Virus record (IMG/VR): IMGVR_UViG_3300000928_001655
Strand: one strand, 5' to 3'
Source of the DNA: an uncultured virus (IMG/VR IMGVR_UViG_3300000928_001655)
Lineage: Duplodnaviria > Heunggongvirae > Uroviricota > Caudoviricetes
Length of the DNA: 64,000 nucleotides
Position numbers and translations under genes: made by a program. Below are positions 1-9,645 of this stretch, in pieces; position 1 is the first letter of the stretch, and each line of letters starts with the position of its first letter. The notes beneath the pieces were generated by a model that worked only from the letters and a program-made list of their open reading frames with translations, had not been told where the DNA came from and searched no databases.

Positions 1-1894
1 GATGGGTGAGAACACTGCGAAGTCACTTTCACCTTGGGGTAACATCCGTCAATCTTCACGTGAGATGTACGGTAAACCTCAGAGTACTTGGACTATCTCA
101 GGTGTCTCAGTTGTCGACTACATGGACGCATTCAAAAAGTTCGGATACAAGTACGGTACACAAGAGACGTACAAGTTGGATCACATCGCACACGTTGTGT
201 TGGGTGAGAAGAAACTTGACTACTCTGAGTATGGTAACCTTACTGGATTGTACGAACAGAACCCCCAACTCTACTTGGACTATAACCTCAAAGACACACA
301 ACTTATCCAACGCATGGAAGACGAGACTGGACTGATGTCCCTCGTTATGACTATGGCGTATGGTGGTGGTGTTAACTTGCGTGATGCGTTCGGTACTGTG
401 GGTATCTGGGAGACAACGATCTATCGTCGTCTTCTGAATGACGGTATTGCGCCACCTCTTAAAGATGGTGCAGGTCAACGTGGTGATGAACTGGTTGGTG
501 GTTACGTGAAAGATCCTAAAGTTGGGATGCACCCTTGGGTGGTGTCCTTTGACTTGAACTCTCTGTATCCACACTTGATGTTGCAGTACAATATGTCACC
601 AGAGACTTTGGTGAAACAACGGTTGGAGTCTGTGTCTCAGGACATGGTGTTGGAAGGTAATTACCAGAACCCCGATCCATCTGTATCAGTTGCGGCAAAC
701 GGTGTTTGTTTTTCTAATGAGAAGATTGGTATCATTCCTCAGATCATTGATGAGTACTATGGTCGTCGTTCTGAGATTAAGAAAGAGATGTTGAAGGTCG
801 AACAGACACTTGAAGATGCGACAGATCCTGCAATGATCAAGAAACTCAAGTCTCAAGTGACGCAACTTCACAACTCGCAGATGTCTATTAAGATCTCTAT
901 GAACTCGTTGTATGGTGCGACTGCAAACGTTTACTTCCTCTACTACATTATGGAATTCGCAGAAGCGATCACTGTCTCAGGTCAGTTGTCCATTCGTTGG
1001 GCGCAGAAGTCTGTGAACGAGTACTTGAACAAACTGTTGAAGACAGAAGGTGAAGACTACATCGTCTACATCGATACTGACTCTATCTACGTAAACTTCG
1101 GTCCTCTGATTGAAGAGGTGTTCGGTACGGTTGACATCAGTCGTAAACAAGGTGAAGAGTTCCTCGACAAGATCTGTGGAACAAAGATCGAAGCGATCCT
1201 AGACAAGGGTTACCAAGAACTATCTGAGATCATGGGATCTTACCGTCAAGCTATGTTCATGAAACGTGAGAAGATCACTGACAAGTCTGTGTTCATTGCG
1301 AAGAAACGTTACATCATGAATGCACTCAACTCTGAAGGTGTTCACTACGAGACACCTAAGATATCTGTTACTGGTCTCGAATCAGTACGTTCTTCTACTC
1401 CCCAGATTTGTCGTGACAAACTCAAAGATACTTTCAAGGTTATTATGGAAGGTACTGAAGAGAACGTGCAGGACTTCATCGCAGAGTTCAAGGATAAGTT
1501 CTACAAGTTACCACCAGAAGATATTGCGAAGAACTCTGGTACGAATAGTATCGAGTCTTATATGCATCAAGGTGGATATAAGAAGGGTTGTCCTATGCAC
1601 GTGCGTGGATGTATCCTCTTCAATCAATTCCTCAAGTCGAAAGATCTCGACAAGAGATACGAATCGATCCAATCAGGTGACAAGATTAAGTTTGTCTATC
1701 TGAAACAACCGAACCCAGTGAAAGAGAATATGATCTCATTCCCAGGCGTTCTACCACCAGAGTTCGAACTGCAACAGTACATAGATTACGAGAAACAGTT
1801 CGAGAAAGTTTTCCTTGGCCCGATTGAACCAATCCTAGAAGCGATTGGTTGGGTTCCAGAGAAGATAAACACACTAGAAGATTTCTTTGTATAG
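1..1894 (+). CDS. 43: Family B DNA polymerase, T4 gp43-like (5' truncated by window edge)
   Basis: PolB motifs SFDLNSLYP, KISMNSLYG, YIDTDS, KKRY and YKLDHIAHVVLGEKK. T4-type C-terminal clamp-binding tail TLEDFF. Confidence 0.98.
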   Translation, partial: MGENTAKSLSPWGNIRQSSREMYGKPQSTWTISGVSVVDYMDAFKKFGYKYGTQETYKLDHIAHVVLGEKKLDYSEYGNLTGLYEQNPQLYLDYNLKDTQLIQRMEDETGLMSLVMTMAYGGGVNLRDAFGTVGIWETTIYRRLLNDGIAPPLKDGAGQRGDELVGGYVKDPKVGMHPWVVSFDLNSLYPHLMLQYNMSPETLVKQRLESVSQDMVLEGNYQNPDPSVSVAANGVCFSNEKIGIIPQIIDEYYGRRSEIKKEMLKVEQTLEDATDPAMIKKLKSQVTQLHNSQMSIKISMNSLYGATANVYFLYYIMEFAEAITVSGQLSIRWAQKSVNEYLNKLLKTEGEDYIVYIDTDSIYVNFGPLIEEVFGTVDISRKQGEEFLDKICGTKIEAILDKGYQELSEIMGSYRQAMFMKREKITDKSVFIAKKRYIMNALNSEGVHYETPKISVTGLESVRSSTPQICRDKLKDTFKVIMEGTEENVQDFIAEFKDKFYKLPPEDIAKNSGTNSIESYMHQGGYKKGCPMHVRGCILFNQFLKSKDLDKRYESIQSGDKIKFVYLKQPNPVKENMISFPGVLPPEFELQQYIDYEKQFEKVFLGPIEPILEAIGWVPEKINTLEDFFV

Positions 1895-1903
1895 GAGGCA
1901 ACT

Positions 1904-2083
1904 GTGGAAAAGATTGAACGCAGACTAAAACATCTGGAAGATAGTCACTCGCACCAACACAACATAGTAGAAACATTGATTGCTGAGAAAGCACCAGAAT
2001 ACACAATTATAAAAGCGAAGAAAGAAAAACTTCGCATTAAAGATATGATAGAAAACTTGAAAGGAAACATCAATGGTCGATAA
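1904..2083 (+). CDS. Small coiled-coil protein, DUF465/YdcH-like (59 aa, not in ORF track)
   Basis: GTG start after AGGAGG. Translation MEKIERRLKHLEDSHSHQHNIVETLIAEKAPEYTIIKAKKEKLRIKDMIENLKGNINGR; KKEKLRIKD resembles the DUF465 KKxKLxLKD motif. Confidence 0.7.
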   Translation: MEKIERRLKHLEDSHSHQHNIVETLIAEKAPEYTIIKAKKEKLRIKDMIENLKGNINGR

Positions 2084-2333
2084 ACAAAAATTGAAAGAAC
2101 AACTGACAACAGGAATTGTTGCAGTAGAATTTGAAAAGTCAGATGGAACTCTACGTAAGATGAGTGCAACTCTGCAGGAAAGTTTCCTACCAACACCAGT
2201 CGCATCTGATGATGAGATTAATCGCAATCGTGCTCCGAACGAAGAGATCCAAGTTGTTTGGGATACCGAATCAAATGGTTGGAGATCATTCCGATTTGAC
2301 CGTCTCAAATCAGTTGCAGGAGTTGCCGTTTAA
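2073..2333 (+). CDS. WYL-like SH3 beta-barrel protein (DUF2693-like)
   Basis: V.FEKSDGTLRKM.ATL and VWDTE..GWRSFRFD, characteristic of this T4-like phage family. Confidence 0.8.
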   Translation: MVDKQKLKEQLTTGIVAVEFEKSDGTLRKMSATLQESFLPTPVASDDEINRNRAPNEEIQVVWDTESNGWRSFRFDRLKSVAGVAV

Positions 2334-2707
2334 TGTCCTTGTTTGATGATATTAATAAGTTTGCAGAAGCATGTGATCAACCACCTAGTGCAGACAACTA
2401 TAAAATGTATCTCTCTCTTATTGATGAAGAGGTTGGTGAACTTGTCGAGGCAGTAGCTGCAGATGATAAGATTGAACAACTTGATGCATTAGTTGATATC
2501 CTTGTCGTAACCATTGGTGCAATTCGTGCAGGTGGTATGGATGGTCAGGGTGCCTGGGATGAAGTTATGAAAACAAACTTTGCGAAGATTGATCCAGAGA
2601 CTGGTAAAGTTCGCAAGCGTGAAGATGGTAAGGTACTGAAACCAGAGGGGTGGAAAGCACCACAACTGGAAGAGTTCCTACAGGATCATTTAACGCACTA
2701 TGTTTAA
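2333..2707 (+). CDS. MazG/PRA-PH-like NTP pyrophosphohydrolase
   Basis: LIDEEVGEL...LDALVDILVV acidic metal-binding helices; KREDGKVLKPEGW tail. Confidence 0.85.
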   Translation: MSLFDDINKFAEACDQPPSADNYKMYLSLIDEEVGELVEAVAADDKIEQLDALVDILVVTIGAIRAGGMDGQGAWDEVMKTNFAKIDPETGKVRKREDGKVLKPEGWKAPQLEEFLQDHLTHYV

Positions 2708-3113
2708 AAGACTGGATATACCTGCCGTACCAGAAGAAATTATTTTACCTCTTGATGAGATATTGAAATTAAAAAACTTCTTTGGTGGGTATACCGACAA
2801 GTATACGATACATGACTGTCAAGACGAGTTGTACTTTTGGTTGAAAGATGTGTTTCCAGAATATAATAAGTTATGTTATCAGACATTACAAGACGATGTA
2901 CCTATTCATATAGACGGTGGCAGAACCACTGCGATTAATTACATTATAAAGTCGGGTGGTGATTCTGTTTCTACTGCATGGTACGATAGTGAGTTTGGTG
3001 AAAAGATAAACGAAATATCTATTGAACCAAATCAATGGCACGAAATCGAAGTAGACAAATGGCATACAGTTCATGGAATAACAGATAGACGGATATCAAT
3101 AACCGTTTATTAA
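2700..3113 (+). CDS. Putative cupin/2OG-Fe(II) oxygenase-like protein
   Basis: HxD (PIHID), distal His (WHTV) and a terminal R-I-S strand, matching the HxD...H...RxS layout. Confidence 0.55.
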   Translation: MFKRLDIPAVPEEIILPLDEILKLKNFFGGYTDKYTIHDCQDELYFWLKDVFPEYNKLCYQTLQDDVPIHIDGGRTTAINYIIKSGGDSVSTAWYDSEFGEKINEISIEPNQWHEIEVDKWHTVHGITDRRISITVY

Positions 3114-3116
3114 CTA

Positions 3117-3404
3117 TTGACAAACAGTATAAAGGATGATATAATGGGTAACGATCAAATAACAGAGCGTGACGAACTGATGGTAATTCTTATGGAAGAG
3201 TGTTCAGAAGTTGCAATCGAAGCTGCAAAGATGATCCGTTTCGGATATGAGAACAACCAAAAGTTGGAATCAGAAGTGGGTGATCTTATGTGTATGTTGA
3301 ACCTATTGCACGATCATGGTCTAATAGATTGGGAAAACGTTGACGCATGTGCTGATGCAAAACGTGAGAAACTAAAAAAGTGGAGTAACTTGAACCTTGA
3401 ATAA
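3117..3404 (+). CDS. MazG-like nucleotide pyrophosphohydrolase (start may be the ATG at 3144)
   Basis: ILMEECSEV...LESEVGDL, the EExxE/ExxD motif. Confidence 0.75.
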   Translation: MTNSIKDDIMGNDQITERDELMVILMEECSEVAIEAAKMIRFGYENNQKLESEVGDLMCMLNLLHDHGLIDWENVDACADAKREKLKKWSNLNLE

Positions 3405-4275
3405 CCTAAAGACACCTTTGAGATATCCAGGCGGTAAATCAAGAGCAGTGCAATTCTTGTTTGATGGTGATCAGTTACCTATCAAACAGATCAAACAGTA
3501 TCGTGAACCCTTCCTTGGTGGGGGTTCATGTGCTTTTGCATTCACAAAGAAGTTCCCACACATTCCTATGCATGTGAACGATAAATACTACAACCTGTAT
3601 TGTTTTTGGATTACTCTTCAAAAAGAAGGTGACAAACTCGCTAAGAAATTACACGATGTTAAAAACGAATTGTTGAATGCATCAGATCCCCTACAAGCGC
3701 ACTTAGATTACTATAAAGTCATGCGTGAAGGTTTGTCTGTTGCAAAGAATGAGTTTGACATTGCTTGGCAGTTTTATGTTATGAATAGATGTTCTTTCTC
3801 TGGTCTTGGAGAAACGACTGGGTCTTTTAGTAAGGATGCAGTTCGTGATCTCTTTAATCATCGATTGATTGGAAAGTTACCTCAGTTTTCCCATTTGATG
3901 AAAGACTGGAAGATTACCAATCTAGACTGTAGTGAAATCTTTGACGATGATGAAGATACCTTTGTGTTTGCAGATCCACCTTACGACATCAAGACATTCA
4001 TCTATGGTAACAAAGGTGACATGCACGATACATTTGACCACCAAGATTTCCACAAAGTAGTGGACGCTTCTAAGAATATGATTATGATTACATATAACTC
4101 TAATGAGACTTTGAGGAATGCGTACACTGGTTGGGATCAACAAGAATGGGATCTGACATACACTATGGTGTCATCTAAGAACTATACGGAAAATCAACAT
4201 GAGAAGAAAGAGTTACTGCTATTGAACTATGACAGACCAGTACAGTATAGCTTAGATAATTTTTTGGGGGACTAG
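3397..4275 (+). CDS. dam: DNA adenine methyltransferase (Dam/D12 class)
   Basis: PLRYPGGKSR, YREPFLGGGS, DPPY catalytic motif and ELLLLNY. Confidence 0.95.
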   Translation: MNNLKTPLRYPGGKSRAVQFLFDGDQLPIKQIKQYREPFLGGGSCAFAFTKKFPHIPMHVNDKYYNLYCFWITLQKEGDKLAKKLHDVKNELLNASDPLQAHLDYYKVMREGLSVAKNEFDIAWQFYVMNRCSFSGLGETTGSFSKDAVRDLFNHRLIGKLPQFSHLMKDWKITNLDCSEIFDDDEDTFVFADPPYDIKTFIYGNKGDMHDTFDHQDFHKVVDASKNMIMITYNSNETLRNAYTGWDQQEWDLTYTMVSSKNYTENQHEKKELLLLNYDRPVQYSLDNFLGD

Positions 4276-5055
4276 ATGACCAAAACCGTATGCGTATTAA
4301 CAAACTTCCGAGCAGGGAGTACTTCATTCACACTACAAAAATCAGTGGAGCATGACCTTCCTTATAAAGGTGAGTTGTTCAGCCATGAACGCCCTTGGCC
4401 TTATGCAGGTATTGAAGCGTATCATCAAGAGATGAAGATCAGAACAAATCATAAAGACGATCCAAGAATTCAAGAGTGGGATGATCGTCAAAAGAATGGA
4501 TTTGATTTCACACGCACTTACATCAAAGGTCTACAAGAACGTGACCCTATTTGTTTTAAGTTGATGCCTGATCACACCACACCAAACTGGAGATACCCAT
4601 TACCTAACACTCATGATATTGATATTGTTAAGTCCTGTGAAAAGGTTTACTTGTTGTATCGTCGTGATTGGGTAGCGCAGGCACTCAGTTGGGTTGCACT
4701 CAGAGCGAATGGTAAGTTCGGTGAAAACGGTTTCTTACATCCTCTACGTAACGGAACACAAACAACATTTGACTTTCACTGGAAAATGCATGTCGGCACA
4801 GAGTACAATGAAGAGACTGTTAAGAAGACAGTCAAAGGCGATATGCATGGTCACTTCGTTAATATGTGTATCGATCAGTTAATGAATAACTACAAACGCA
4901 TGGCAGAGATCTATCACGAAGTGCCTGGCATTGAATTAGTTTGCATGGAAGACTTCTTTGCAACGACTGACTACAAGAAATATAATCATGAATTTGTTTG
5001 GGAAGATGGTATGCCAGATATCCCAGAGTTTGACACTGAAGGACTGTTTAAATGA
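4276..5055 (+). CDS. Sulfotransferase-like protein (Stf0-like P-loop fold)
   Basis: N-terminal FRAGSTSF resembles the 5'-PSB loop; GELF; FKLM; LYRRDWVAQALS resembles the 3'-PB motif. Confidence 0.65.
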   Translation: MTKTVCVLTNFRAGSTSFTLQKSVEHDLPYKGELFSHERPWPYAGIEAYHQEMKIRTNHKDDPRIQEWDDRQKNGFDFTRTYIKGLQERDPICFKLMPDHTTPNWRYPLPNTHDIDIVKSCEKVYLLYRRDWVAQALSWVALRANGKFGENGFLHPLRNGTQTTFDFHWKMHVGTEYNEETVKKTVKGDMHGHFVNMCIDQLMNNYKRMAEIYHEVPGIELVCMEDFFATTDYKKYNHEFVWEDGMPDIPEFDTEGLFK

Positions 5056-5321
5056 CTCTGATAACTATAGATATGGAAGACTTGTGTATTGCTGCCGAAG
5101 GTGATACATCAGAAGACAAGTATGGGATTTTCAATGCCCAACCTGCAATCTATACACTAGAACGAATAAATGAATGGAAAGAGTTAGGTTATAAAGTTAT
5201 TGTCGAAGTTACTGACCGTGACGTAGATATCGACTATGACACAACTCACCATTGGATACAGTATTACAACGTACAATGCGACGATGTGAACTGGAAGATC
5301 CCTAACTATAATAGGGCTTGA
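5052..5321 (+). CDS. Hypothetical protein, degenerate HAD (capsule-biosynthesis phosphatase)-like
   Basis: IDMED at motif I position, AQP..ERINEWKELGYKVIV, T..WI..YNV..D...KIP pattern; the catalytic DxD is not intact. Confidence 0.4.
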   Translation: MTLITIDMEDLCIAAEGDTSEDKYGIFNAQPAIYTLERINEWKELGYKVIVEVTDRDVDIDYDTTHHWIQYYNVQCDDVNWKIPNYNRA

Positions 5322-5354
5322 CAAACCACACCAACTGTGGTATTGTTATAAATA
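5318..5354 (+). promoter_or_regulatory. Sigma70-type promoter fused to a T4 late promoter
   Basis: TTGACA 5318-5323, 17 bp spacer with extended TG, TATTGT 5341-5346, then TATAAATA 5347-5354. Confidence 0.8.
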
Positions 5355-5410
5355 GATGTACGGTATTCATGACGAATATCATAATTCAAAATTAACTTTA
5401 GGAGTTAAAC

Positions 5411-6412
5411 ATGACTGTTTTAATCAAATCTACAAAAATGTCTGTCGTATCAGGCTATCTCGCATCCCTAAATGGTATCGTATCTGTACAAGATATTCTA
5501 GACACCATCATGCAAATTTCCAATTTAAAATCAAAAACACTAGATGCACTCAAAGCAGAACCTTATGGTCCCGAATGTAACACGGTTCCTCTAAGAGATA
5601 TTCTGATTGATATGCGTTATCAACGTGCGATTCGTTTGAACCTCATTCTCAAGAAATTGAGAAAAGTTGGTGGATACGATAGTAGTGTTGCCGGTGCAAT
5701 TGATGTTGCAATCCGTCCAAACAAGAAACAATATGCTTGGGACGGTCTTCGTCGTTGTATCATGGCCGGTCTATGTGGACTAGAAGAGATCTCAGTATCA
5801 ACCTTCAGACACAATGCACTGATGATGGAAAATGCATGTAAAGAAGACGAAGCACGTAAGTTCGAGATCCGTAATGCGGAGAACGAAAAGATGAAACCAG
5901 AAGAGATCTTCAAATCTCAGGTTGCATACAGTGATCCAGAGGCAATGCGCCTACTAGGAGTACTAAAGAATGCAAACCTAGATGTCGAACGTCTTAACCC
6001 AGATGGGAAGGTACTTGGTGGTTTTGCCGAACTTCAGAAAAACTTCAACTTAAAAATGAAACCGATTAGTGAGGAAGAAATCGTAACAGCTTCTTCTATC
6101 ATTCAATCATCTTATGCAAACGAAACGAACGTTTCAGTATATCTATTGACAGGACTTGCGTGGTTATTGCAAGTGAACAGAACAGATATCGTCGATACTT
6201 CTTATTCAGAAGAAGAGATCGTAGAAGCATTCCAATCTTTTGTTATGACGTATCCAAAACAAACCGAGTTGACTAAAAATCGGTTGGGTGCAAAACAACG
6301 TGAATCAGTTGCATATGCAATCGCAAAGAAAGTTCTTCGTGATGATAATGGACTTATCAAGAACATTGGTCTAGATAGTGATGAGCGAGATATTGTTGAG
6401 GCATCTGACTAA
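5411..6412 (+). CDS. ParB/Srx-like N-terminal domain protein (DUF6551-like)
   Basis: IDMRYQR...AIDVAIR...WDGLRR (DGQHR-like) and EARKF...N motifs; SD AGGAG. Confidence 0.6.
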   Translation: MTVLIKSTKMSVVSGYLASLNGIVSVQDILDTIMQISNLKSKTLDALKAEPYGPECNTVPLRDILIDMRYQRAIRLNLILKKLRKVGGYDSSVAGAIDVAIRPNKKQYAWDGLRRCIMAGLCGLEEISVSTFRHNALMMENACKEDEARKFEIRNAENEKMKPEEIFKSQVAYSDPEAMRLLGVLKNANLDVERLNPDGKVLGGFAELQKNFNLKMKPISEEEIVTASSIIQSSYANETNVSVYLLTGLAWLLQVNRTDIVDTSYSEEEIVEAFQSFVMTYPKQTELTKNRLGAKQRESVAYAIAKKVLRDDNGLIKNIGLDSDERDIVEASD

Positions 6413-6445
6413 ATACTGTTAGTCATCTTTATTATGGAGAATTAA

Positions 6446-7312
6446 ATGGACATTAAAATTACTACAGAACAGTTGCGTGGTTATAAACTTTTCATTGGGA
6501 CACCAATGTACGGCGGAAACTGTTCTGGACTTTTCACTAAATCTTGTAACGATCTTGCAATGCTTTGTACCAAAGCAGGTATTGAGATTCGATTCTACTA
6601 TCTGTTTAACGAAAGTCTTGTACAACGTGCAAGAAACTATGTCGTCGACGAGTTCTTACGCTCCGATAGTACGCACTTAATGTTCATTGATTCTGACATC
6701 CACTTCAATGCTAAAGATGTTCTTGCATTACTTGGTCTCGCAGTACACGATCCAGAAAACTATAACGTCATGACTGGCCCATATCCCAAGAAAACAATTG
6801 CATGGGAAAAGGTTCAAGTTGCGTCGAAAGCAGGACGTGGAGACGAAAGTCCTTTCGCACTAGAAAACTATACATCTGACTTTGTATTCAATCCAGTACG
6901 TGGTATGAAGGGTGAATTCAAACTGAACGAACCAATCGAAGTATCAGAAGCTGGAACAGGTTTCATGTTAATTGGACGTGAAGTCTTTGATAAGTATCGT
7001 GAAGCGTATCCAGAACTTGAGTACAAACCAGATCACGTACGCACTGAGAACTTCGACGGTGATCGTAACATCACTGCGTACTTTGATTGTATCATTGATC
7101 CAGAGACTAAACGTTATTTGTCTGAAGACTATTTCTTCTGTCAATATGCACGTAAAGCTGGTCTGAAGGTATGGATGTGTCCATGGATGAATATCAACCA
7201 CGTTGGTACGCACATCTTTAAAGGTAACATGGCGGCAATCGGATCTCTTGGAGTTTCTGCAACTGCAGACGTTAAGTCTCGTAAAAAGAACTACAAGAAA
7301 AAGAAGAAATGA
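6446..7312 (+). CDS. GT-A fold glycosyltransferase-like protein common in marine T4-like phages
   Basis: FIGTPMYGG, NESLVQRARN, HLMFIDSDI (DxD), GTGFMLI, YLSEDYFFC and HVG. Confidence 0.75.
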   Translation: MDIKITTEQLRGYKLFIGTPMYGGNCSGLFTKSCNDLAMLCTKAGIEIRFYYLFNESLVQRARNYVVDEFLRSDSTHLMFIDSDIHFNAKDVLALLGLAVHDPENYNVMTGPYPKKTIAWEKVQVASKAGRGDESPFALENYTSDFVFNPVRGMKGEFKLNEPIEVSEAGTGFMLIGREVFDKYREAYPELEYKPDHVRTENFDGDRNITAYFDCIIDPETKRYLSEDYFFCQYARKAGLKVWMCPWMNINHVGTHIFKGNMAAIGSLGVSATADVKSRKKNYKKKKK

Positions 7313-7557
7313 GTGACCAAGGAAAACTCATTTTAATTACGGATATTATTGAACAGAAAGTTCGTAAGGAAAAAGAATTAGAGTTCTACCTCAGAGAACT
7401 TGAGAAACTGAATTCAAAAATCAGTTACTTGAGAACTGAGGTGGATCTCACCAATACCATTATCGGAATGATCAAAGGCGAAATGGTTTATGATATTAAA
7501 GAACAGATGATCGAAAATACAGAACTTATCGCAGACACACAGAAAGATAAATCATGA
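7309..7557 (+). CDS. Hypothetical coiled-coil protein
   Basis: ORF coupled to neighbours by ATGA overlaps; heptad-like sequence. Confidence 0.7.
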   Translation: MSDQGKLILITDIIEQKVRKEKELEFYLRELEKLNSKISYLRTEVDLTNTIIGMIKGEMVYDIKEQMIENTELIADTQKDKS

Positions 7558-8006
7558 AATATATTACTACAACAGCTATCGCTCTTTTAATCGCAACATC
7601 TGCACAGGCAGAAGAACGTATTAAAGGTAAAGTATGGGATGAATATAGGACAGTAACCGAATCAACACCCACAACGAGATATGAATGCTACGATCAAGAA
7701 ATCCCAATCTATGGACGAACAGGTGGTGGTGCATCCTCTGGTGATATCCTTGGTGGACTTATCTTAGGTGGTATCCTTGGTAAAGGTGTATCTGGTAATG
7801 ATCAAGGTGCAGCGGCAGGTGCAGTTCTTGGTGGTATGATTGCGGCAGATAACAAACAGGGTAAACGTCGAATCACTGGATATCGTACAGAACGTGTCTG
7901 TGAAGATAAAACCACATATGTTAATGTCGAAAGAAAAGTCTACAGTCATAGTATTATTGATTTTAGATCGAACGGTGAAAGATATCAACTACGGTTTCAG
8001 AAATGA
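7554..8006 (+). CDS. Exported glycine-zipper 2TM protein
   Basis: Signal peptide MKYITTTAIALLIATSAQA; GGLILGGILG...AAAGAVLGG zipper flanked by two Cys. Confidence 0.8.
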   Translation: MKYITTTAIALLIATSAQAEERIKGKVWDEYRTVTESTPTTRYECYDQEIPIYGRTGGGASSGDILGGLILGGILGKGVSGNDQGAAAGAVLGGMIAADNKQGKRRITGYRTERVCEDKTTYVNVERKVYSHSIIDFRSNGERYQLRFQK

Positions 8007-8224
8007 AACCCAACAATAACTTTGAACTTACAGTAAGAGACATTGAAGTTATAGAATCGGCACTCAGATCAAAGGCTGGACGTAGAGGTTTGGCAATTGC
8101 ACAAGGTGAAGCATCAGAACAATCTCGTGATGAGATGAATGAGTTACAAGATCTACTTGGACGCATACATCATCAAAAGCATTGGTACAGATCAAAAGAC
8201 GGTACTTTCCAAGGTGGTGGATAA
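8003..8224 (+). CDS. Hypothetical protein
   Basis: Coupled ORF (ATGA overlap) in the operon. Confidence 0.7.
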   Translation: MKPNNNFELTVRDIEVIESALRSKAGRRGLAIAQGEASEQSRDEMNELQDLLGRIHHQKHWYRSKDGTFQGGG

Positions 8225-8632
8225 ATGAAAACAGGTTTTACTTGTAGTGCATTTGACTTGCTTCATGCAGGACATATTCAAATGTTGCGAGAAGCAAAAG
8301 AACAATGTGATTATCTCTTAGTTGGGTTACAAGTAGATCCATCAAAAGATCGTAAAGAAAAGAACGCTCCCATCCAAACGGTTGTGGAGCGTTACACGCA
8401 ATTAAATGCTGTTTCTTACGTGGATGAGATCATTCCCTACTTGACAGAGGGCGATTTAGATGATATACTGTCACTATATCAAATAGATGTAAGGATTCTT
8501 GGTGAAGAGTATCGTGAGAAAGACTTCACTGGTAAGGATATCTGTCGTTCACGTGGTATAGATTTATATTTCAACAAGAGAGATCATCGTTTCAGTACGA
8601 GTGATCTAAGAAAGAGAGTTTGCGGTGAGTGA
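8225..8632 (+). CDS. Glycerol-3-phosphate cytidylyltransferase-like (TagD family)
   Basis: FDLLHAGH (HxGH), YVDEIIPY and RDHRFSTS (RxxxxSTS). Confidence 0.9.
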   Translation: MKTGFTCSAFDLLHAGHIQMLREAKEQCDYLLVGLQVDPSKDRKEKNAPIQTVVERYTQLNAVSYVDEIIPYLTEGDLDDILSLYQIDVRILGEEYREKDFTGKDICRSRGIDLYFNKRDHRFSTSDLRKRVCGE

Positions 8633-8825
8633 AGATCCACGGAGTTTTTTAGGACCAGTATTCGAGAAGGGTTACCCTTCATTTGAAGCAGTAAATAGAA
8701 AACCCGATGAGGAGATTACACTCTCACAACTCAAACAAATATTCGTGAGTAATGGACTAGATTTTTTCATTGCATCACAAACAGGTAAAGTAGTCAAAGT
8801 GAATTTTATGGTGAAATCAGAATGA
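8625..8825 (+). CDS. Hypothetical protein
   Basis: Fills the gap between coupled genes; GTG start. Confidence 0.55.
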   Translation: MSEDPRSFLGPVFEKGYPSFEAVNRKPDEEITLSQLKQIFVSNGLDFFIASQTGKVVKVNFMVKSE

Positions 8826-9613
8826 AAATAACAGTTGCAGGTTATGGTTATGTGGGCAAGGCTATTGTTAATGCCTTCAAAGATGTTGTTACTTACGAAG
8901 TAGTAGATCCTGCGTTTCGTGAACACAACTTCCCAATTGGTAGTGACACTGATGGAGTTATTGTTTGCGTATCTACACCTAAGAACCGTGATGGATCTTG
9001 CAACATCAGTAACGTACACAAAGTCATTGATGATTCGCCAGAGGATGTACCTGTCCTCATTAAATCAACAATGAGTCTTGAAGGTTGGGAACAGATCAAA
9101 GCGGCATTCCCAGATAGAGAGATCTCTTTCAGTCCAGAGTTCCTACGTGCAGAGACTGCGGATCAAGACTTCTTAAACCAGAAGTACATGATTCTTGGAA
9201 ACGACACAGACGATAGTTTCTGGGCGCAACTATTTACACAACGGTTTAAAAGAATTCGCATTCACCATTGTACTAACGAAGAAGCAATCACAGTCAAGTA
9301 TGCAGAGAATGCATTTCTTGCACTTAAGGTTAGTTTCTTCAACCAAGTCTTCGATTTCTGTAAGGCAGCAGATGTCAACTTCGATGAAGTTCGATATCAT
9401 CTATGTCTTGATGAACGAATCGGAGATGATCACAGCTTTATTACTAACGAACGTGGTTGGGGTGGTCACTGCCTTCCCAAAGACACGCAAGCACTATTAC
9501 ATACTGCAGACCAATTCGGTGCAAGTTTTTCACTTATCGAAGAAGCGATTAAATATAATCAAAAAATTCGAAGAAAAGACTTGACAAAGGATGAGTTTTG
9601 GGGTATAGTATAG
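8822..9613 (+). CDS. ugd: UDP-glucose/GDP-mannose dehydrogenase family protein (short form)
   Basis: GYGYVG Rossmann motif, CVSTP, IKST, FSPEFLR, KYAENAFLALKVSFFN and catalytic GGHCLPKD. Confidence 0.9.
   Translation: MKITVAGYGYVGKAIVNAFKDVVTYEVVDPAFREHNFPIGSDTDGVIVCVSTPKNRDGSCNISNVHKVIDDSPEDVPVLIKSTMSLEGWEQIKAAFPDREISFSPEFLRAETADQDFLNQKYMILGNDTDDSFWAQLFTQRFKRIRIHHCTNEEAITVKYAENAFLALKVSFFNQVFDFCKAADVNFDEVRYHLCLDERIGDDHSFITNERGWGGHCLPKDTQALLHTADQFGASFSLIEEAIKYNQKIRRKDLTKDEFWGIV
9581..9609 (+). promoter_or_regulatory. Sigma70-type promoter for the gp45 operon
   Basis: TTGACA 9581-9586, 17 bp spacer, TATAGT 9604-9609; SD AGGAG before 9646. Confidence 0.75.
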
Positions 9614-9645
9614 TCTGAATTGACTCACAAGGAGAATATTATATA

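Noticed and set aside
2..1894. Intein or intron in the DNA polymerase
   Set aside because: PolB motifs are contiguous with normal spacing in the visible part.
5356..5580. 74 aa ORF overlapping the start of the ParB-like gene
   Set aside because: It starts within a few bases of the promoter without an SD and overlaps a gene with a strong AGGAG in another frame.
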